Below are positions 37,182 to 48,095 of a stretch of 64,000 nucleotides of DNA, in pieces. The notes under the pieces are model-generated. The model ran no database searches, was not told where the DNA came from, and worked only from the letters and a program-made list of their open reading frames with translations. Both the position numbers and the translations under genes were made by a program. How positions within the stretch are numbered: position 1 is the first letter of the stretch; every line of letters starts with the position of its first letter. The DNA comes from Candidatus Eiseniibacteriota bacterium. GTDB taxonomy: Bacteria; Eisenbacteria; RBG-16-71-46. The DNA is taken from contig CAVSAC010000012.1 in assembly GCA_963725865.1 (NCBI GenBank), positions 832,001-896,000 on the forward strand, given 5' to 3'.

Positions 37182-39000
37182 CTAGTCGTATTTCCGCGCG
37201 ACCGGCGACACGAGCGAGATGTCGACCGGATCGTAGCGGAAGGAAGGGCCGTCGGGGGTGTACGTCGCGACGGTGGTCTTGAGCCAGTTCGCGTCGTCGC
37301 GGTTCGGGAACTCCGGCTTGTAGTGGGAGCCGCGGCTCTCGTCGCGCGCGAGCGCGCCGCGCGTGACGACCCGGGCGAGCGCGAACATGTTCGACAGCTG
37401 GTTCATGAACGCCAGCGGGGCGTTCGACCACGAGGAGTCGTCGAGCACACTGGCCCTCCGGTAGCGCTCGGCCAGCTCGCCGATCGTCGCAGTCCGTCGC
37501 CCGCAGCTTGTCGTTGAAGCGCACGGTGCTGACGTTGTCGAGCATCGAGTTGCCGAGTTCCTCGGCCAGCACGTACGGGTTCTCGTCGCCGGTGCGCTTG
37601 CGCAGCGACTCGAAGTGCGCGGTCCATCGGGCCTCGGCCTGCTCGTACACCGAGGCGGGCACGTCGGCCGCCGACCCCTTCTGGTTCTGCGACCAGGCCA
37701 CCGCGGCCGGCCCGCCGATCTGGCCCGCGTACACGCACGAGAGGAGCGAGTTCGCGCCGAGGCGGTTGGCGCCGTGGTACTGGTAGTCGCACTCGCCGAT
37801 GGCGTAGAGCCCCGGGATGTTCGTCATCTGATTCTTGGGGTTCGAGAGATCCACGAAGCCATCCGCCGACCGCGCGTAGTCCACCCAGAGCCCACCCATC
37901 GAATAGTGGACGGCGGGGAAGATCTTCATCGGCACGTCGCGCGGGTCGTCGCCGGTGAACTTCTCGTAGATCTCGAGGATGCCGCCGAGCTTGCGATCGA
38001 GCGTCGCGCGCGGGATGTGCGTCAGGTCCAGGTAGACGCACATCTTGCCGTCGACCCCGAGGCCCTTGTCCACGCAGACGTGGTAGATCTCGCGGCTCGC
38101 CACATCGCGCGGCACGAGGTTCTTGTAGCGCGGATATTTCTCCTCGAGGAAGTACCAGCGCTCGGCCTCGGGGATCTGCCGCGGGTCGCGCTGGTCGCCG
38201 GCGGTGCGCGGCACCCACACGCGACCGCCCTCGCCGCGTGCGGACTCGCTCATGAGGCGCAGCTTGTCCTGCCCCGGGATCGCCGTGGGGTGGACCTGGA
38301 TGAACTCGCCGTTCGCGTACCAGGCGCCCTCGAGATAGGCGGCGGCGGCCGCGGAGCCCGAGTTGATGACCGAATTGGTGGTGCGGCCGAACATGAGGCC
38401 CGGCCCGCCGGTCGCCAGCATCACCGCGTCCGCGCGGAACGCCTTCGGCTTCATGGTGCGCAGGTCGAGTGCCACCAGGCCGACGCAGCGGCCGCCGCCC
38501 TCGCGCGCCATGCCGACGTACTCCCAGCCCTCGTACTTGGTGACCAGCCCGGCCGCCTCGTGCCGTCGCACCTGCTCGTCGAGCGCGTAGAGCATCTGCT
38601 GGCCGGTGGTGGCGCCGGCGAACGCGGTGCGATTGTAGAGCGTGCCCCCGAAGCGCCGGAAGTCCAGGAAGCCCTCGGAGGTGCGGTTGAACATCACGCC
38701 CATGCGGTCGAGCAGGTAGATGATGCCCGGTGCCGCGTAGCACATGCCCTTGGCGAGCGGCTGGTGCGCGAGGAAATCGCCGCCGCGCACCGTGTCGACG
38801 AAGTGGATCTCGGGCGAGTCATTCTCGCCCTTCACGTTCACCGCGCCGTTCACGCCGCCCTGCGCGCACACCGAGTGGGAGCGCTTGACCGGCACGATCG
38901 AGAACAGGTCGACGGGCACGCCGGCCTCGGCGATCCGGATCGTCGCCATCAGGCCGGCGAGCCCGCCGCCGACCACCGCGATGCGGGGCTGGCCGCTCAT
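37182..39000 (-). CDS. sdhA: Succinate dehydrogenase flavoprotein, with one +1 frameshift near 37491
   Basis: GGGLAG, RSHSVCAQGG, QVHPT, SESARGEGG, HYSMGG, HGANRLGANSL; the C-terminal RDESRGSHYKPEFP is in another frame. Confidence 0.93.
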
Positions 39001-39686
39001 GGCCGCACCTCCGTCTGCGCGACATTCGCGGTGTCCGAGACGCGCTCGAACAACCGGACGCCCCGGCCGACGAAGCCCAGCAGGGCGTTCACGCCGATGA
39101 GCGTGAGCACGATCGCCACCGCGTAGCCGAACCGTGCGGCCTGGCGCTGCGCGTGGCGGCCAGTCGTGAGGCCCCAGTGGATCGCGAACCCGAACAGACC
39201 GTTGCCGAGGTGGAAGGCCGCGCTCGCGACCCCCAGCACGTAGAACAGGAACACCGCCGGGTTCGAGAGCTGTTTCTGCATCAGGGCGAACAGATCACCG
39301 CCGGGACTCATCGCCTCGGGCGCGAAGCGCGAGCTCCAGACGTGGTAGATGATGAACAACACCAGGAACAGGCCGCTCGCCCGCTGCAGGCCGTAGCCCC
39401 AGTTCCGCTCGTAGCGGAACCGCCCGAGGTTCGCCTGACCGCTCGTCACGATCAGCAGACCGAGCACCATGTGGAACAGGATCGGCAGGCCGATCGCGAC
39501 CACCTCGATCAGGGCGACGAAGGGGAGTTTCGCGATCTCGTCGGTCGCCGCCCGGTAGGACGCGGGCCCCTGGACGGCCTTGGCGTTGATGAACAGGTGG
39601 AAGGCGAGGAAGGCCCCGATGGGAAGGACGCCCGTCAGGGAGTGCAGCCGCTTCAGCGTATTCGCGGTCCGGTCGGACATGCTCAT
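38997..39686 (-). CDS. sdhC: Succinate dehydrogenase cytochrome b558 subunit
   Basis: RLHSLTGVLPIG.FL..HL, QR.SG, FHLGNGL; five TM helices with heme His residues. Confidence 0.92.
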   Translation of the reverse strand: MSMSDRTANTLKRLHSLTGVLPIGAFLAFHLFINAKAVQGPASYRAATDEIAKLPFVALIEVVAIGLPILFHMVLGLLIVTSGQANLGRFRYERNWGYGLQRASGLFLVLFIIYHVWSSRFAPEAMSPGGDLFALMQKQLSNPAVFLFYVLGVASAAFHLGNGLFGFAIHWGLTTGRHAQRQAARFGYAVAIVLTLIGVNALLGFVGRGVRLFERVSDTANVAQTEVRP

Positions 39687-39883
39687 GGAGTCGGGTCCTC
39701 GATCCGGTGAAGATACAGGGGGTGAGCGCAATATAGCACGAGCGCGGCGCCGTCGACCGCGCCGCCCACCGCGGCGACGGCGAGTGCGCGCGTCAGCGCA
39801 GCGGCCGTCGGCCGCGGACCTGTGCTAGCGTGGCGAATCGCTCGCGCGCGCCGCGCGGCGGTCCGGCCCGAGGAACCCCGCCG

Positions 39884-41029
39884 ATGACCCGACCCGATCT
39901 GCAGGCCCTGCGCGAGGCGCTCGAGGCGCTCGATCGTCGCGTCCTGGCGTTGCTCCACGAGCGCATGCAGCTCGCCGAGCAGGTCGCCGCGGCGAAGATC
40001 CTTGATGCGGCGCCGTTCCGCGATCCGCTGCGCGAGGAGCAGGTGCTCCAGCGCGTCCGCCACCTCGCGGTGAGCGAGGGCCTCGACGCCCACAAGATCG
40101 AGCGGCTGTACCGGCTCATCTTCGACATGTCGGTGTCGCGCCAGCAGGCGTTCCTCCACGAGCTGGAGACGGCGCCGCTGCGCGTGGCTTACCAGGGTGT
40201 GGAGGGGGCGTACAGTCATCTCGCCGCGCAGCGTCGCTACGCCGGCCGCCCCGGCGGTGCGCTGTTGGAGGGACACGAGTCGTTCGCGGGCGCCGCCCGC
40301 GCGGTGCGCGACGGCGAGGCCGACGTGGCGCTGCTGCCGATCGAGAACACCACCGCCGGCAGCATCAACGAGACCTACGACCTGCTCGCGGAGGGCGGAC
40401 TGGTGATCATCGGCGAGGAGGTGAGCGTCATCGAGCACTGCCTGCTGGCGCTGCCGGGGGTGGCGCTCGAGGAGTTGCGCGTCGTCATCTCGCACCGCCA
40501 GGCGCTCGCCCAGTGCGAGGGCTTCCTGCGCGCGCATCCCGCGCTGTCGCCGCGCGCCGAGTTCGACACCGCGGGTTCCGCGCGCAAGGTGGCGGAATCC
40601 GGCGACCGCACGCTCGCCGCCATCGCCAGCGAGTCCGCCGCGCGCCACTACGGGCTGCAGGTGCTGGCGCGCGGCATCCAGACGCAATCGGGCAACTTCA
40701 CGCGCTTCGTCGAGATCGCACGCGAGGCGGTGCCCTGTCCCCCCGATGCGCGCTGCACCACGTCGCTGCTGATGACGCTCACCCACCACGCGGGTGCCCT
40801 CGGCCAGGTGCTGGTGGAGTTCGGACGGCAAGGGGTCAACCTGACCAAACTCGAGTCCCGGCCGCTGCCGGACACCCCCTGGCAATACCGCTTCTATCTC
40901 GACCTCGACGGGCAGGCCGACTCGGCCCAGGTCCAGCGGGCGCTCGAGGCGGTGCGGCCCCACACCACCGAGCTGCGAGTGCTGGGGTCCTACGTCGCGG
41001 CGGTCCGCCCCGGCCCGCCCGTTGCCTGA
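39884..41029 (+). CDS. pheA: Chorismate mutase/prephenate dehydratase
   Basis: N-terminal CM domain (LR..LD...ER...DPLREE), AYQG.EGAYS, PIENT..G, SH.QALAQC, NFTRF, NLTKLESRP ACT domain. Confidence 0.94.
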   Translation: MTRPDLQALREALEALDRRVLALLHERMQLAEQVAAAKILDAAPFRDPLREEQVLQRVRHLAVSEGLDAHKIERLYRLIFDMSVSRQQAFLHELETAPLRVAYQGVEGAYSHLAAQRRYAGRPGGALLEGHESFAGAARAVRDGEADVALLPIENTTAGSINETYDLLAEGGLVIIGEEVSVIEHCLLALPGVALEELRVVISHRQALAQCEGFLRAHPALSPRAEFDTAGSARKVAESGDRTLAAIASESAARHYGLQVLARGIQTQSGNFTRFVEIAREAVPCPPDARCTTSLLMTLTHHAGALGQVLVEFGRQGVNLTKLESRPLPDTPWQYRFYLDLDGQADSAQVQRALEAVRPHTTELRVLGSYVAAVRPGPPVA

Positions 41030-41234
41030 ACGTCTCGATCGACCTGCGGGCGGCCGCACGCGGCCGTCCTTGGGCGGGCTCCAGCGCTGTGCTAACGTGC
41101 GCCTGCCCATACCCGGCGGGCCCTGCGCCGCCCCGCCTTATGACGACGAGTTCGCCCGGCCGCCGCGCGTCACGCCCGCGGGCGCGCGCCCGTGGCATCC
41201 GCAGACCCAGGACGTCGGGAGGCTTTCCCACCGC

Positions 41235-43895
41235 ATGACCCCGGCAGTCGCCGATCTCATCCAGCACCAGCTGCTGCCGCGCGTCTCGAAGCCCAATCGC
41301 TATCTGGGCAACGCGCTGCACGTTCCGCGCAAGCCGCTCGACCAGGCGGAGGTGCGGGTGTTGTTGGCGTTCCCCGACGCCTACGAGATCGGGCTCTCGA
41401 ACATGGGCATCCGGATCATCCACCACGTGCTCAACCAGCGGCCAGACGTCGCCGCCGAGCTCACGTTCGCACCGTGGCCCGACGCCGAGGCGGAGATGCG
41501 CCGGCTCGGCATCCCGCTGTTCTCGCTCGACTCCCACACCACGGCCGACCGCTTCGATGTGCTGGGCTTCTCGCTCCAGTACGAGTTGCAGTACACGAAC
41601 GTGCTCATGATGCTCGAGCTCGCCGGCCTGCCGCTGCACGCGCTCGATCGCGACGAGCGCCATCCGCTGGTGATCGCCGGCGGCGCGCAGGCGTTCAGTC
41701 CCGAACCGATGGCCGAGTTCGTCGACGCGTTCGTGATTGGCGACGGCGAAGAGGCGATCCACGCGGTCGTGGACCGCGTGAAGGCGGCCAAGCAGGGCGG
41801 CTGGACGCGCGCGCGGCTGCGCCGCGAGCTGGCGCACGTGGAGGGCGTGTACGTCCCGCTCGGCTACGACCTCGACGCGACGCGCGAGGGCTGGCTGGTG
41901 CCGGTCGCGCGACCGGGCTTCCCGTCCCGCGTGCGCTCCGTGTACGTGCGCGAGCTGAAGAGCGAATACTACCCCGCCGCGCCGCTGCTGCCCGTGGGCG
42001 AGATCACGCACGACCGCCTGTCCGTCGAGATCATGCGCGGGTGCACGCGCGGCTGTCGCTTCTGCCAGGCGGGCATGATCAACCGGCCCGTGCGCGAGAA
42101 GCCCGCGCAGCAGGTGCTGGAGGAGGTGCTGGGCGGGCTGCAGTCGACCGGGATGGAAGAAGTCTCGCTGATCTCGCTCTCCTCGACCGACCACACCCAG
42201 ATCGTCGACCAGGTGGTGGCGCTCGCCGACGAGCTGTGCCCGACGCGGGTGCAGATCTCGCTGCCTTCGACGCGGCCCGACAACGTGCCCGTCGAGGTCG
42301 CGCGCCGGATGGCCGCGCAGAAGAAGGGCTCCATCACGCTCGCTCCCGAGGCCGGCAGCCAGCGCATGCGCGACGTCATCAACAAGAACCACACCGAGGA
42401 GGAGCTGCTGCAGTCGGTCGCGACCGCCGCGCGCGAGGGCTACACCAGCGCGAAGCTCTACTTCATGTGCGGCCTGCCGGGCGAGAACGATGATGACCTA
42501 CGCGCCATCCTCGGCCTCGCGCAGAAGGCCCATCAACGCGCGCGTGGCGAGGGCAATCGCAACTTCCGGATTACCGCGAGCGTCTCGCCGCACGTGCCCA
42601 AGCCGCACACCCCGTTCGCGTGGGCCGAGCAGGTCACGACCTCGGAGCTGAACCGCCGCCTCGGCGTGCTGCGCGAGGCCGCCCGCGGCACCACGGTGGC
42701 CCTCAAGTACCGCGACGCCGAGACCTCGCTGCTCGAGGGCGTCTTCACGCGCGGCGACCGGCGGCTCGGCCAGGCGGTCGAGGCCGCGTACCGCCGCGGT
42801 TGCCGTTTCGACGCGTGGAGCGAGCATCTGCGGTTCGAGACCTGGATGGAGGTGTTCCGCGAGCTCGGGCTCGAGCCGGAGCGCCAGCTGATCGAGCGCG
42901 ACCCCGGGCTCGACCAGCCCTGGGACGTGGTTCAGTCGCCCGTCACCAAGAAGTTCCTCGTGCGCGAGAAGTTGCGTGCCGATCGCGCCGCCGCCACCGA
43001 GGATTGCCGTCTCGAGGACGTGTGCTTCTCGTGCGGCGTCAACGAGTGTCCCCAGCGGCCGTGGGTCAAGCAGTCCCATGCGCCGCTCGACATCGCCCGG
43101 GCGCGAGCCGCGGTGCCCGCGCCGGCGTATGGCCGCCGCGCCCGTCGCGCGGTCGGCGCGCCCGGCGTGGCCACCGCCACGCGCTTCCGCATCGAGTTCG
43201 AGAAAGGGCCGGGGATGCGCTTCATCTCGCACCTCGACCTCATGCGCACCTGGGAGCGCGCGCTGCGTCGCTCCGGGTTGCCACTGGCGTTCTCCCAGGG
43301 ACATCATCCACACCTGAAGATGTCGTTCGGGCCCCCGTTGCCCCTGGGCTACCGTTCCCGGGCCGAGGCCTTCGACCTGGAGCTCGCCCAGCCGCCTGCC
43401 GTCGATCTCGCCGAGCGACTCGACGCGGTGCTGCCGGACGGGATCCGGGTCCTGGCCTATCGACCCATCCTCTTCAAGACGCCTTCGCTCATGAGTCAGC
43501 TCGAGGGCGCCTCGTACCGGGTGCGATTCCCGGCGTCGTACCTCGAACAGGCCGGCCTGACCGCCGCGACCCTGGCGGGGACGCTCGAGGCGAACATCCC
43601 CGCGCTGCTGGCCCGCGAGAACGTGATCGTGAGCCGCACGAGCGAGGCACAGACCCGATCCTTCGACGCAAGGCCTTCGATCGTCGCGCTGACGATCGCC
43701 CTCGACGAGTCCCCGGTCGCGCTCGACGCGCTCGTGCGGTTCACCGCCCGCGCCGCCGTGCGGCCCGAGGAGATCGTCGCGCTGTTGCTGCCCGGACCCG
43801 ATCCTCGCACGGTTGACATCGAGCGGGTGGGGTTGTGGGCGGAACTGCACGGGACGCGGCTCGATCCGCTCGAGCTGCTCTCGCCGAGGACCTAG
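41235..43895 (+). CDS. B12-binding radical SAM protein (TIGR03960-type) fused to a DUF2344/TIGR03936 domain
   Basis: FPDAYEIGLSN, RGCTRGCRFCQAG CxxxCxxC, APEAGSQRMR, PKPHTPF; C-terminal RFISHLDLMR..ERALRR...SQG.HP. Confidence 0.9.
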   Translation: MTPAVADLIQHQLLPRVSKPNRYLGNALHVPRKPLDQAEVRVLLAFPDAYEIGLSNMGIRIIHHVLNQRPDVAAELTFAPWPDAEAEMRRLGIPLFSLDSHTTADRFDVLGFSLQYELQYTNVLMMLELAGLPLHALDRDERHPLVIAGGAQAFSPEPMAEFVDAFVIGDGEEAIHAVVDRVKAAKQGGWTRARLRRELAHVEGVYVPLGYDLDATREGWLVPVARPGFPSRVRSVYVRELKSEYYPAAPLLPVGEITHDRLSVEIMRGCTRGCRFCQAGMINRPVREKPAQQVLEEVLGGLQSTGMEEVSLISLSSTDHTQIVDQVVALADELCPTRVQISLPSTRPDNVPVEVARRMAAQKKGSITLAPEAGSQRMRDVINKNHTEEELLQSVATAAREGYTSAKLYFMCGLPGENDDDLRAILGLAQKAHQRARGEGNRNFRITASVSPHVPKPHTPFAWAEQVTTSELNRRLGVLREAARGTTVALKYRDAETSLLEGVFTRGDRRLGQAVEAAYRRGCRFDAWSEHLRFETWMEVFRELGLEPERQLIERDPGLDQPWDVVQSPVTKKFLVREKLRADRAAATEDCRLEDVCFSCGVNECPQRPWVKQSHAPLDIARARAAVPAPAYGRRARRAVGAPGVATATRFRIEFEKGPGMRFISHLDLMRTWERALRRSGLPLAFSQGHHPHLKMSFGPPLPLGYRSRAEAFDLELAQPPAVDLAERLDAVLPDGIRVLAYRPILFKTPSLMSQLEGASYRVRFPASYLEQAGLTAATLAGTLEANIPALLARENVIVSRTSEAQTRSFDARPSIVALTIALDESPVALDALVRFTARAAVRPEEIVALLLPGPDPRTVDIERVGLWAELHGTRLDPLELLSPRT

Positions 43896-43931
43896 AAGGC
43901 ACGCCGGGGACGGGGGCACAGGACGCCCTCC

Positions 43932-45479
43932 GTGAACCGCAAGATCATCATCAACGCCGATTCGTACGAGACCCGCATCGCGATCCTCGAGGACGACGAG
44001 CTCGCGGAGCTCCTGGTGGAGCGCGCCGATCAGCGTCGCCACGTCGGGGACATCTACAAGGGCCGCGTCAACGCTGTGTTGCCCGGCATGCAGTCCGCGT
44101 TCGTCGATCTCGGGCTGCCCAAGACCGGCTTCCTCCACGCGTCGGACCTCGCGGAGTCGCTGAGCGAGCTCGAGGACATCTCCGACCTCGACGAGAGCGG
44201 CGACCGTGGCCGCCGACGCCGGGCTGCGGTGCCCAAGATCGAGGACTGCCTCAAGAAGGGCCAGGAGGTGCTGGTCCAGATCACCAAGGAGGCGATCGGG
44301 ACCAAGGGTCCGCGCGTCACCCAGCAGGTCAGCCTGCCCGGCCGCTTCTGCGTCATGATGCCCGGTGTGGATCACGTCGGGGTGTCGCGGCGCATCGAGG
44401 AGCGCGCGGAGCGGCAGCGCATCAAGGCGATCATCACCGACCTCAAGCCCAAGGGGGTCGGTCTCATCGCGCGCACCGCCGGCGAAGGCAAGGGCGATCC
44501 CGACTTCGCCGCCGACGTGAAGTACCTGCACAAGCTCTGGCAGAAGATCGAGCGCAAGGCCACGAGCGCGCGCGCGCCGGCGCTCGTCCACCGCGAGCTG
44601 GAGCTGACGGCCGGCCTCATCCGCGACCTGTTCACCCAGGACGTGGAAGAGGTCCACATCGACGACAAGGAGTCGTTCGCCGAGATCCAGAGCTACCTGA
44701 AGCTGGTCTCGCCCGAGCTGCGCGACCGCGTGATCCTCTACAAGGGCCGCGATCCGATCTTCGATGCGTTCACCATCGAGGCGCAGATCGAGAAGACGTT
44801 CGAGCGCAAGGTGTGGCTCAAGAAGGGCGGCTACATCTGCATCGACCACGCCGAGGCGCTGGTCGCGATCGACGTGAACACCGGGCGCTTCACGGGCAAG
44901 AAGAACCAGGAAGAGACCATCTTCCGCACGAACATGGAGGCGGCGCGCGAGATCCCCCGCCAGCTGCGGCTGCGCGACATCGGGGGCATCATCGTCATCG
45001 ACTTCATCGACATGGAGATCGAGGCGAACAAGCGCGCCGTGATCGACGAACTGCGCGGCGAGCTGCGCAATGACCGCGCGCGCACGAAGGCCTTCGCGGT
45101 CTCCGACCTCGGGCTGGTCGAGATGACGCGCCAGCGCGAGCGCTCGAGTCTGCTGCACTACTACACCGAGGACTGTCCGCACTGCGCGGGACTCGGCAAG
45201 GTGCCGTCCCAGGAGACCATGCTGGTGAAGCTGGAGCGCGCGATGCGCCGCGTGACGGCGCTCGGCAACGAGCGGCGCATCACCGTGAAGGTGGCGCCCG
45301 AGGTGGCGCTGTTCTTCGTGGAGCAGGAGGGCCGGCGCTTCGCCGAGCTCGAGAAGCGCTTCCGCCTGCGTGTCGACCTCAAGGACGACCCGCAGCTCAA
45401 GCGCGGCGAGATGCGCGTGTTCACCGAGAAGAAGGTCGAGCTGACCAAGCAGGTGGTGGGCTCGGTGCCGGGAACCTAG
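43932..45479 (+). CDS. rng: Rne/Rng family ribonuclease
   Basis: GDIYKGRV..VLPGMQSAFVD, QITKE.IGTKGPR, IDVNTG, RLRDIGGIIVIDFIDM, CPHC.G.G. Confidence 0.93.
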   Translation: MNRKIIINADSYETRIAILEDDELAELLVERADQRRHVGDIYKGRVNAVLPGMQSAFVDLGLPKTGFLHASDLAESLSELEDISDLDESGDRGRRRRAAVPKIEDCLKKGQEVLVQITKEAIGTKGPRVTQQVSLPGRFCVMMPGVDHVGVSRRIEERAERQRIKAIITDLKPKGVGLIARTAGEGKGDPDFAADVKYLHKLWQKIERKATSARAPALVHRELELTAGLIRDLFTQDVEEVHIDDKESFAEIQSYLKLVSPELRDRVILYKGRDPIFDAFTIEAQIEKTFERKVWLKKGGYICIDHAEALVAIDVNTGRFTGKKNQEETIFRTNMEAAREIPRQLRLRDIGGIIVIDFIDMEIEANKRAVIDELRGELRNDRARTKAFAVSDLGLVEMTRQRERSSLLHYYTEDCPHCAGLGKVPSQETMLVKLERAMRRVTALGNERRITVKVAPEVALFFVEQEGRRFAELEKRFRLRVDLKDDPQLKRGEMRVFTEKKVELTKQVVGSVPGT

Positions 45480-45515
45480 GGCCGAGCGGGCCGCGGCGAT
45501 CGCCCGGGGTGCGGA

Positions 45516-45544
45516 AAGGGGGGCTCGCGATGCGGGCCCCCCTT
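45516..45544. terminator. Hairpin between convergent rng and amt
   Basis: AAGGGGGGCTCGC-GAT-GCGGGCCCCCCTT 13-bp stem. Confidence 0.7.
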
Positions 45545-45572
45545 CGTCGTCCGCCCGAGATTCGCGCGCGGG

Positions 45573-46793
45573 CTACAGCGCGCCGATGTACGCCTCCTCG
45601 CCGTGGAGCGACTGGTCGAGCCCCTTCCCCTCGGCGATCGCGTCGACCTTCACCGGCGTGATGCGGTCGATCAGCCACAGCATGCCGAGCGTGAACGCGA
45701 ACGCCCACACCGACGAGGCGAGCACCGCGACGCACTGCTTGAGGAAGAACGTCGTGTTGCCGGCGAGCAGACCGTCGACACCAGCGGGATTGAACGTCCG
45801 CGAGGCGAACACACCCAGCAGGATGATGCCGATGAAGCCGCCCACCCCGTGCACGCCCCACACGTCGAGGGCGTCGTCCCAGCGGAGTCGGTTCTTGAGC
45901 GCCACCGCGTAGAAGCACACCACTCCGGAGATGATGCCGATCAGCACGGCGCTGGCGGGGGACACGAATCCCGCCGCCGGCGTGATGGTCGCCAGCCCCG
46001 CGACCGAACCGGTGAGCAGGCCGAGGAACTTCGGCTTCGATCCCGACAGCCACTCGACCACGAACCACGTCACACCGGCGAACGACGCCGCCAGGTCGGT
46101 GTTGAGGAACGCGGTCGCCGTGACGGCGTCGACGCGGAACTCGCTGCCGGCGTTGAACCCGTACCAGCCGAACCACAGCAGGCCGGTGCCGAGCGCGACC
46201 AGCGGGATGCTGTGGGGGCCGCGATCGGCGACCCGCCGGCGCCCGACGTAGAGCACCGAGGCGAGCGCCGCGATGCCGGCGATGTTGTGGACCACGATGC
46301 CGCCGGCGAAGTCGAGCACGCCCCACTTCTGCAGCAGACCGCCGCCCCACACCATGTGGACGAACGGGAAGTAGACGAACAGCAGCCACAGCGTGAGGAA
46401 GATCATGTACGCCTTGAACGTCACGCGATTCGCGAACGCACCGGTGATGAGCGCGGGGGTGATGATGGCGAACATCATCTGGTAGGCCATGAACACGATC
46501 AGCGGGATGGTGTCGTTGGGGGACGGCGTGGTGAGGGTCATGCCCCGCATGAACGCCATGTCGAGATTGCCGATCACCCCGCCGACGTCGCCGGAGAAGC
46601 ACAGCGAGTACCCGACCGTGAACCAGATCACGGTGGTCCAGCACAGCGAGACGAAGCTCTGGATCATGATCGCGAGGACGTTCTTGCGACCGACCAGCCC
46701 GCCGTAGAAGAACGCCAGCCCCGGGGTCATCAGCATGACCAGGCTGGAGCACAGCAGCATGAAGCCGGTGTTGCCGGTATCGAGATGGAGCAC
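45573..46793 (-). CDS. amtB: Ammonium transporter
   Basis: LVMLMTPGLAFFYGG, QMMFAIIT, DFAGGIVVH, LLWFGWYGFNAGS, DDALDVWGVHG. Confidence 0.96.
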   Translation of the reverse strand: MLHLDTGNTGFMLLCSSLVMLMTPGLAFFYGGLVGRKNVLAIMIQSFVSLCWTTVIWFTVGYSLCFSGDVGGVIGNLDMAFMRGMTLTTPSPNDTIPLIVFMAYQMMFAIITPALITGAFANRVTFKAYMIFLTLWLLFVYFPFVHMVWGGGLLQKWGVLDFAGGIVVHNIAGIAALASVLYVGRRRVADRGPHSIPLVALGTGLLWFGWYGFNAGSEFRVDAVTATAFLNTDLAASFAGVTWFVVEWLSGSKPKFLGLLTGSVAGLATITPAAGFVSPASAVLIGIISGVVCFYAVALKNRLRWDDALDVWGVHGVGGFIGIILLGVFASRTFNPAGVDGLLAGNTTFFLKQCVAVLASSVWAFAFTLGMLWLIDRITPVKVDAIAEGKGLDQSLHGEEAYIGAL

Positions 46794-46912
46794 GGGGACC
46801 TCCCGAGCAGGACGAGGGTGACGAGGATCCGACCGGGGGGTCGGTCCGGATGAGGCCAGCAGCGGGCGTCGATGTCAACCGCCGCCCGCCCGCGGAGCGG
46901 CGACGGCCGGCG

Positions 46913-47512
46913 TCACTCCTTCAGCACGCGGAACGAGATCGGGCGCTGCAGCCGCTCGAAGCCGGCGCGGTCCGGATCGTCGGTGTCGACGATCACGCGC
47001 TCCAGCCCGCGCATTTCGTTGAGGTCGAAGATCACGCCGCTGGGCGGGGTGCCGGCGCCGAGCACGATGATGCGCGCCCGGGTATCGAGCAGGTTCCACG
47101 CCTCGGCGGCCGCGCGGCTCGGCGGGTAGCCCGCCAGCACCACGATGAGGTCGGCCTCCGGCGGCAGCCGGTTGAGCGAGGTGAGCGGGGCGAACTCGGA
47201 CGGCCACTGATCGAGCGTCAGGACCACGTGCGCGAGTCCGCGCACGAATCGCAGGTCGTCCAGCTCGGGTGCGGTCGGAACCCGCGCGAACTGCACGGTG
47301 GTACCGATCCGCAGGTCGGTGCGGTCGATCAACAGTGGCCCGCTGCCGCGCCCGGTGCGCAGGCTGCGGGGCAGCCCCAGCGGGGAATCCGCCGCAGCGG
47401 CAGGTGAGGGCGGCGGCGCGGGGCGTGAGCGGGCGGTCAGGGCCGGACCGCAAGCCAGCCCGCCGGCGAGCAGGCCGAGGACGAACCACAGGGACGCCGT
47501 CAGCACGCGCAT
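46913..47512 (-). CDS. Hypothetical lipoprotein
   Basis: MRVLTASLWFVLGLLAGGLAC lipobox-like signal, GGAGG RBS, host-like codon usage. Confidence 0.7.
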   Translation of the reverse strand: MRVLTASLWFVLGLLAGGLACGPALTARSRPAPPPSPAAAADSPLGLPRSLRTGRGSGPLLIDRTDLRIGTTVQFARVPTAPELDDLRFVRGLAHVVLTLDQWPSEFAPLTSLNRLPPEADLIVVLAGYPPSRAAAEAWNLLDTRARIIVLGAGTPPSGVIFDLNEMRGLERVIVDTDDPDRAGFERLQRPISFRVLKE

Positions 47513-47768
47513 GGGACCTCCGGGCTCGAGTGGGACTCGTGCGGGGAGAGTCTGCCTCAGAAACGGCCCGGATGCGCGGCCGAACCCCTGCTCGGCACGG
47601 TTGGACGGGCGCCCGCGCGGGCCCGCCCGCGTTGACAGCGCGCGCGCCGCCATGATAGAAAGTCACGCTTCGTGTGCGCCTGACGGGGCCGAGCGCCGGC
47701 CTTGCGGCCGTGCGGCCGCCCTCGCGTGCCGCTCCGAGATCCATCGCGTGGCAGGGAGAACGCTGCTC

Positions 47769-48080
47769 ATGTATGCCATCGTCAACATCAACGGAGTCCA
47801 GACCAAGGTCGAGCCGGATACCGTGATCGCGGTGCCCGCGCTGACCGGTGAGCCGGGCCAGAAGCTCACCTTCGACCAGGTGCTGATGTTCTCCGACGGC
47901 GACCGCATCGCGGTCGGCCAGCCCTACGTGAAGGGCGCCAAGGCGACCGCCGAGGTGGTCGAGCAGTTCCGCGGCCCCAAGCTGCGCATCTTCAAGTTCA
48001 AGCGCCGGCGCGACTATCGCCGCCGCCGCGGTCACCGCGACTCGCTCACGCGGATCCGCGTCACCGGCATCCAGGCCTAG
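47769..48080 (+). CDS. rplU: 50S ribosomal protein L21
   Basis: MYAIVNINGVQTKV, G.PYV.GA, IFKFKRRRDYRRRRGHR. Confidence 0.97.
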   Translation: MYAIVNINGVQTKVEPDTVIAVPALTGEPGQKLTFDQVLMFSDGDRIAVGQPYVKGAKATAEVVEQFRGPKLRIFKFKRRRDYRRRRGHRDSLTRIRVTGIQA

Positions 48081-48095
48081 AAGGAGTCTCCCGTC

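Noticed and set aside
47660..47768. L21 ribosomal leader RNA upstream of rplU
   Set aside because: Only a short GC hairpin is visible; I cannot support a family match without a covariance-model search.
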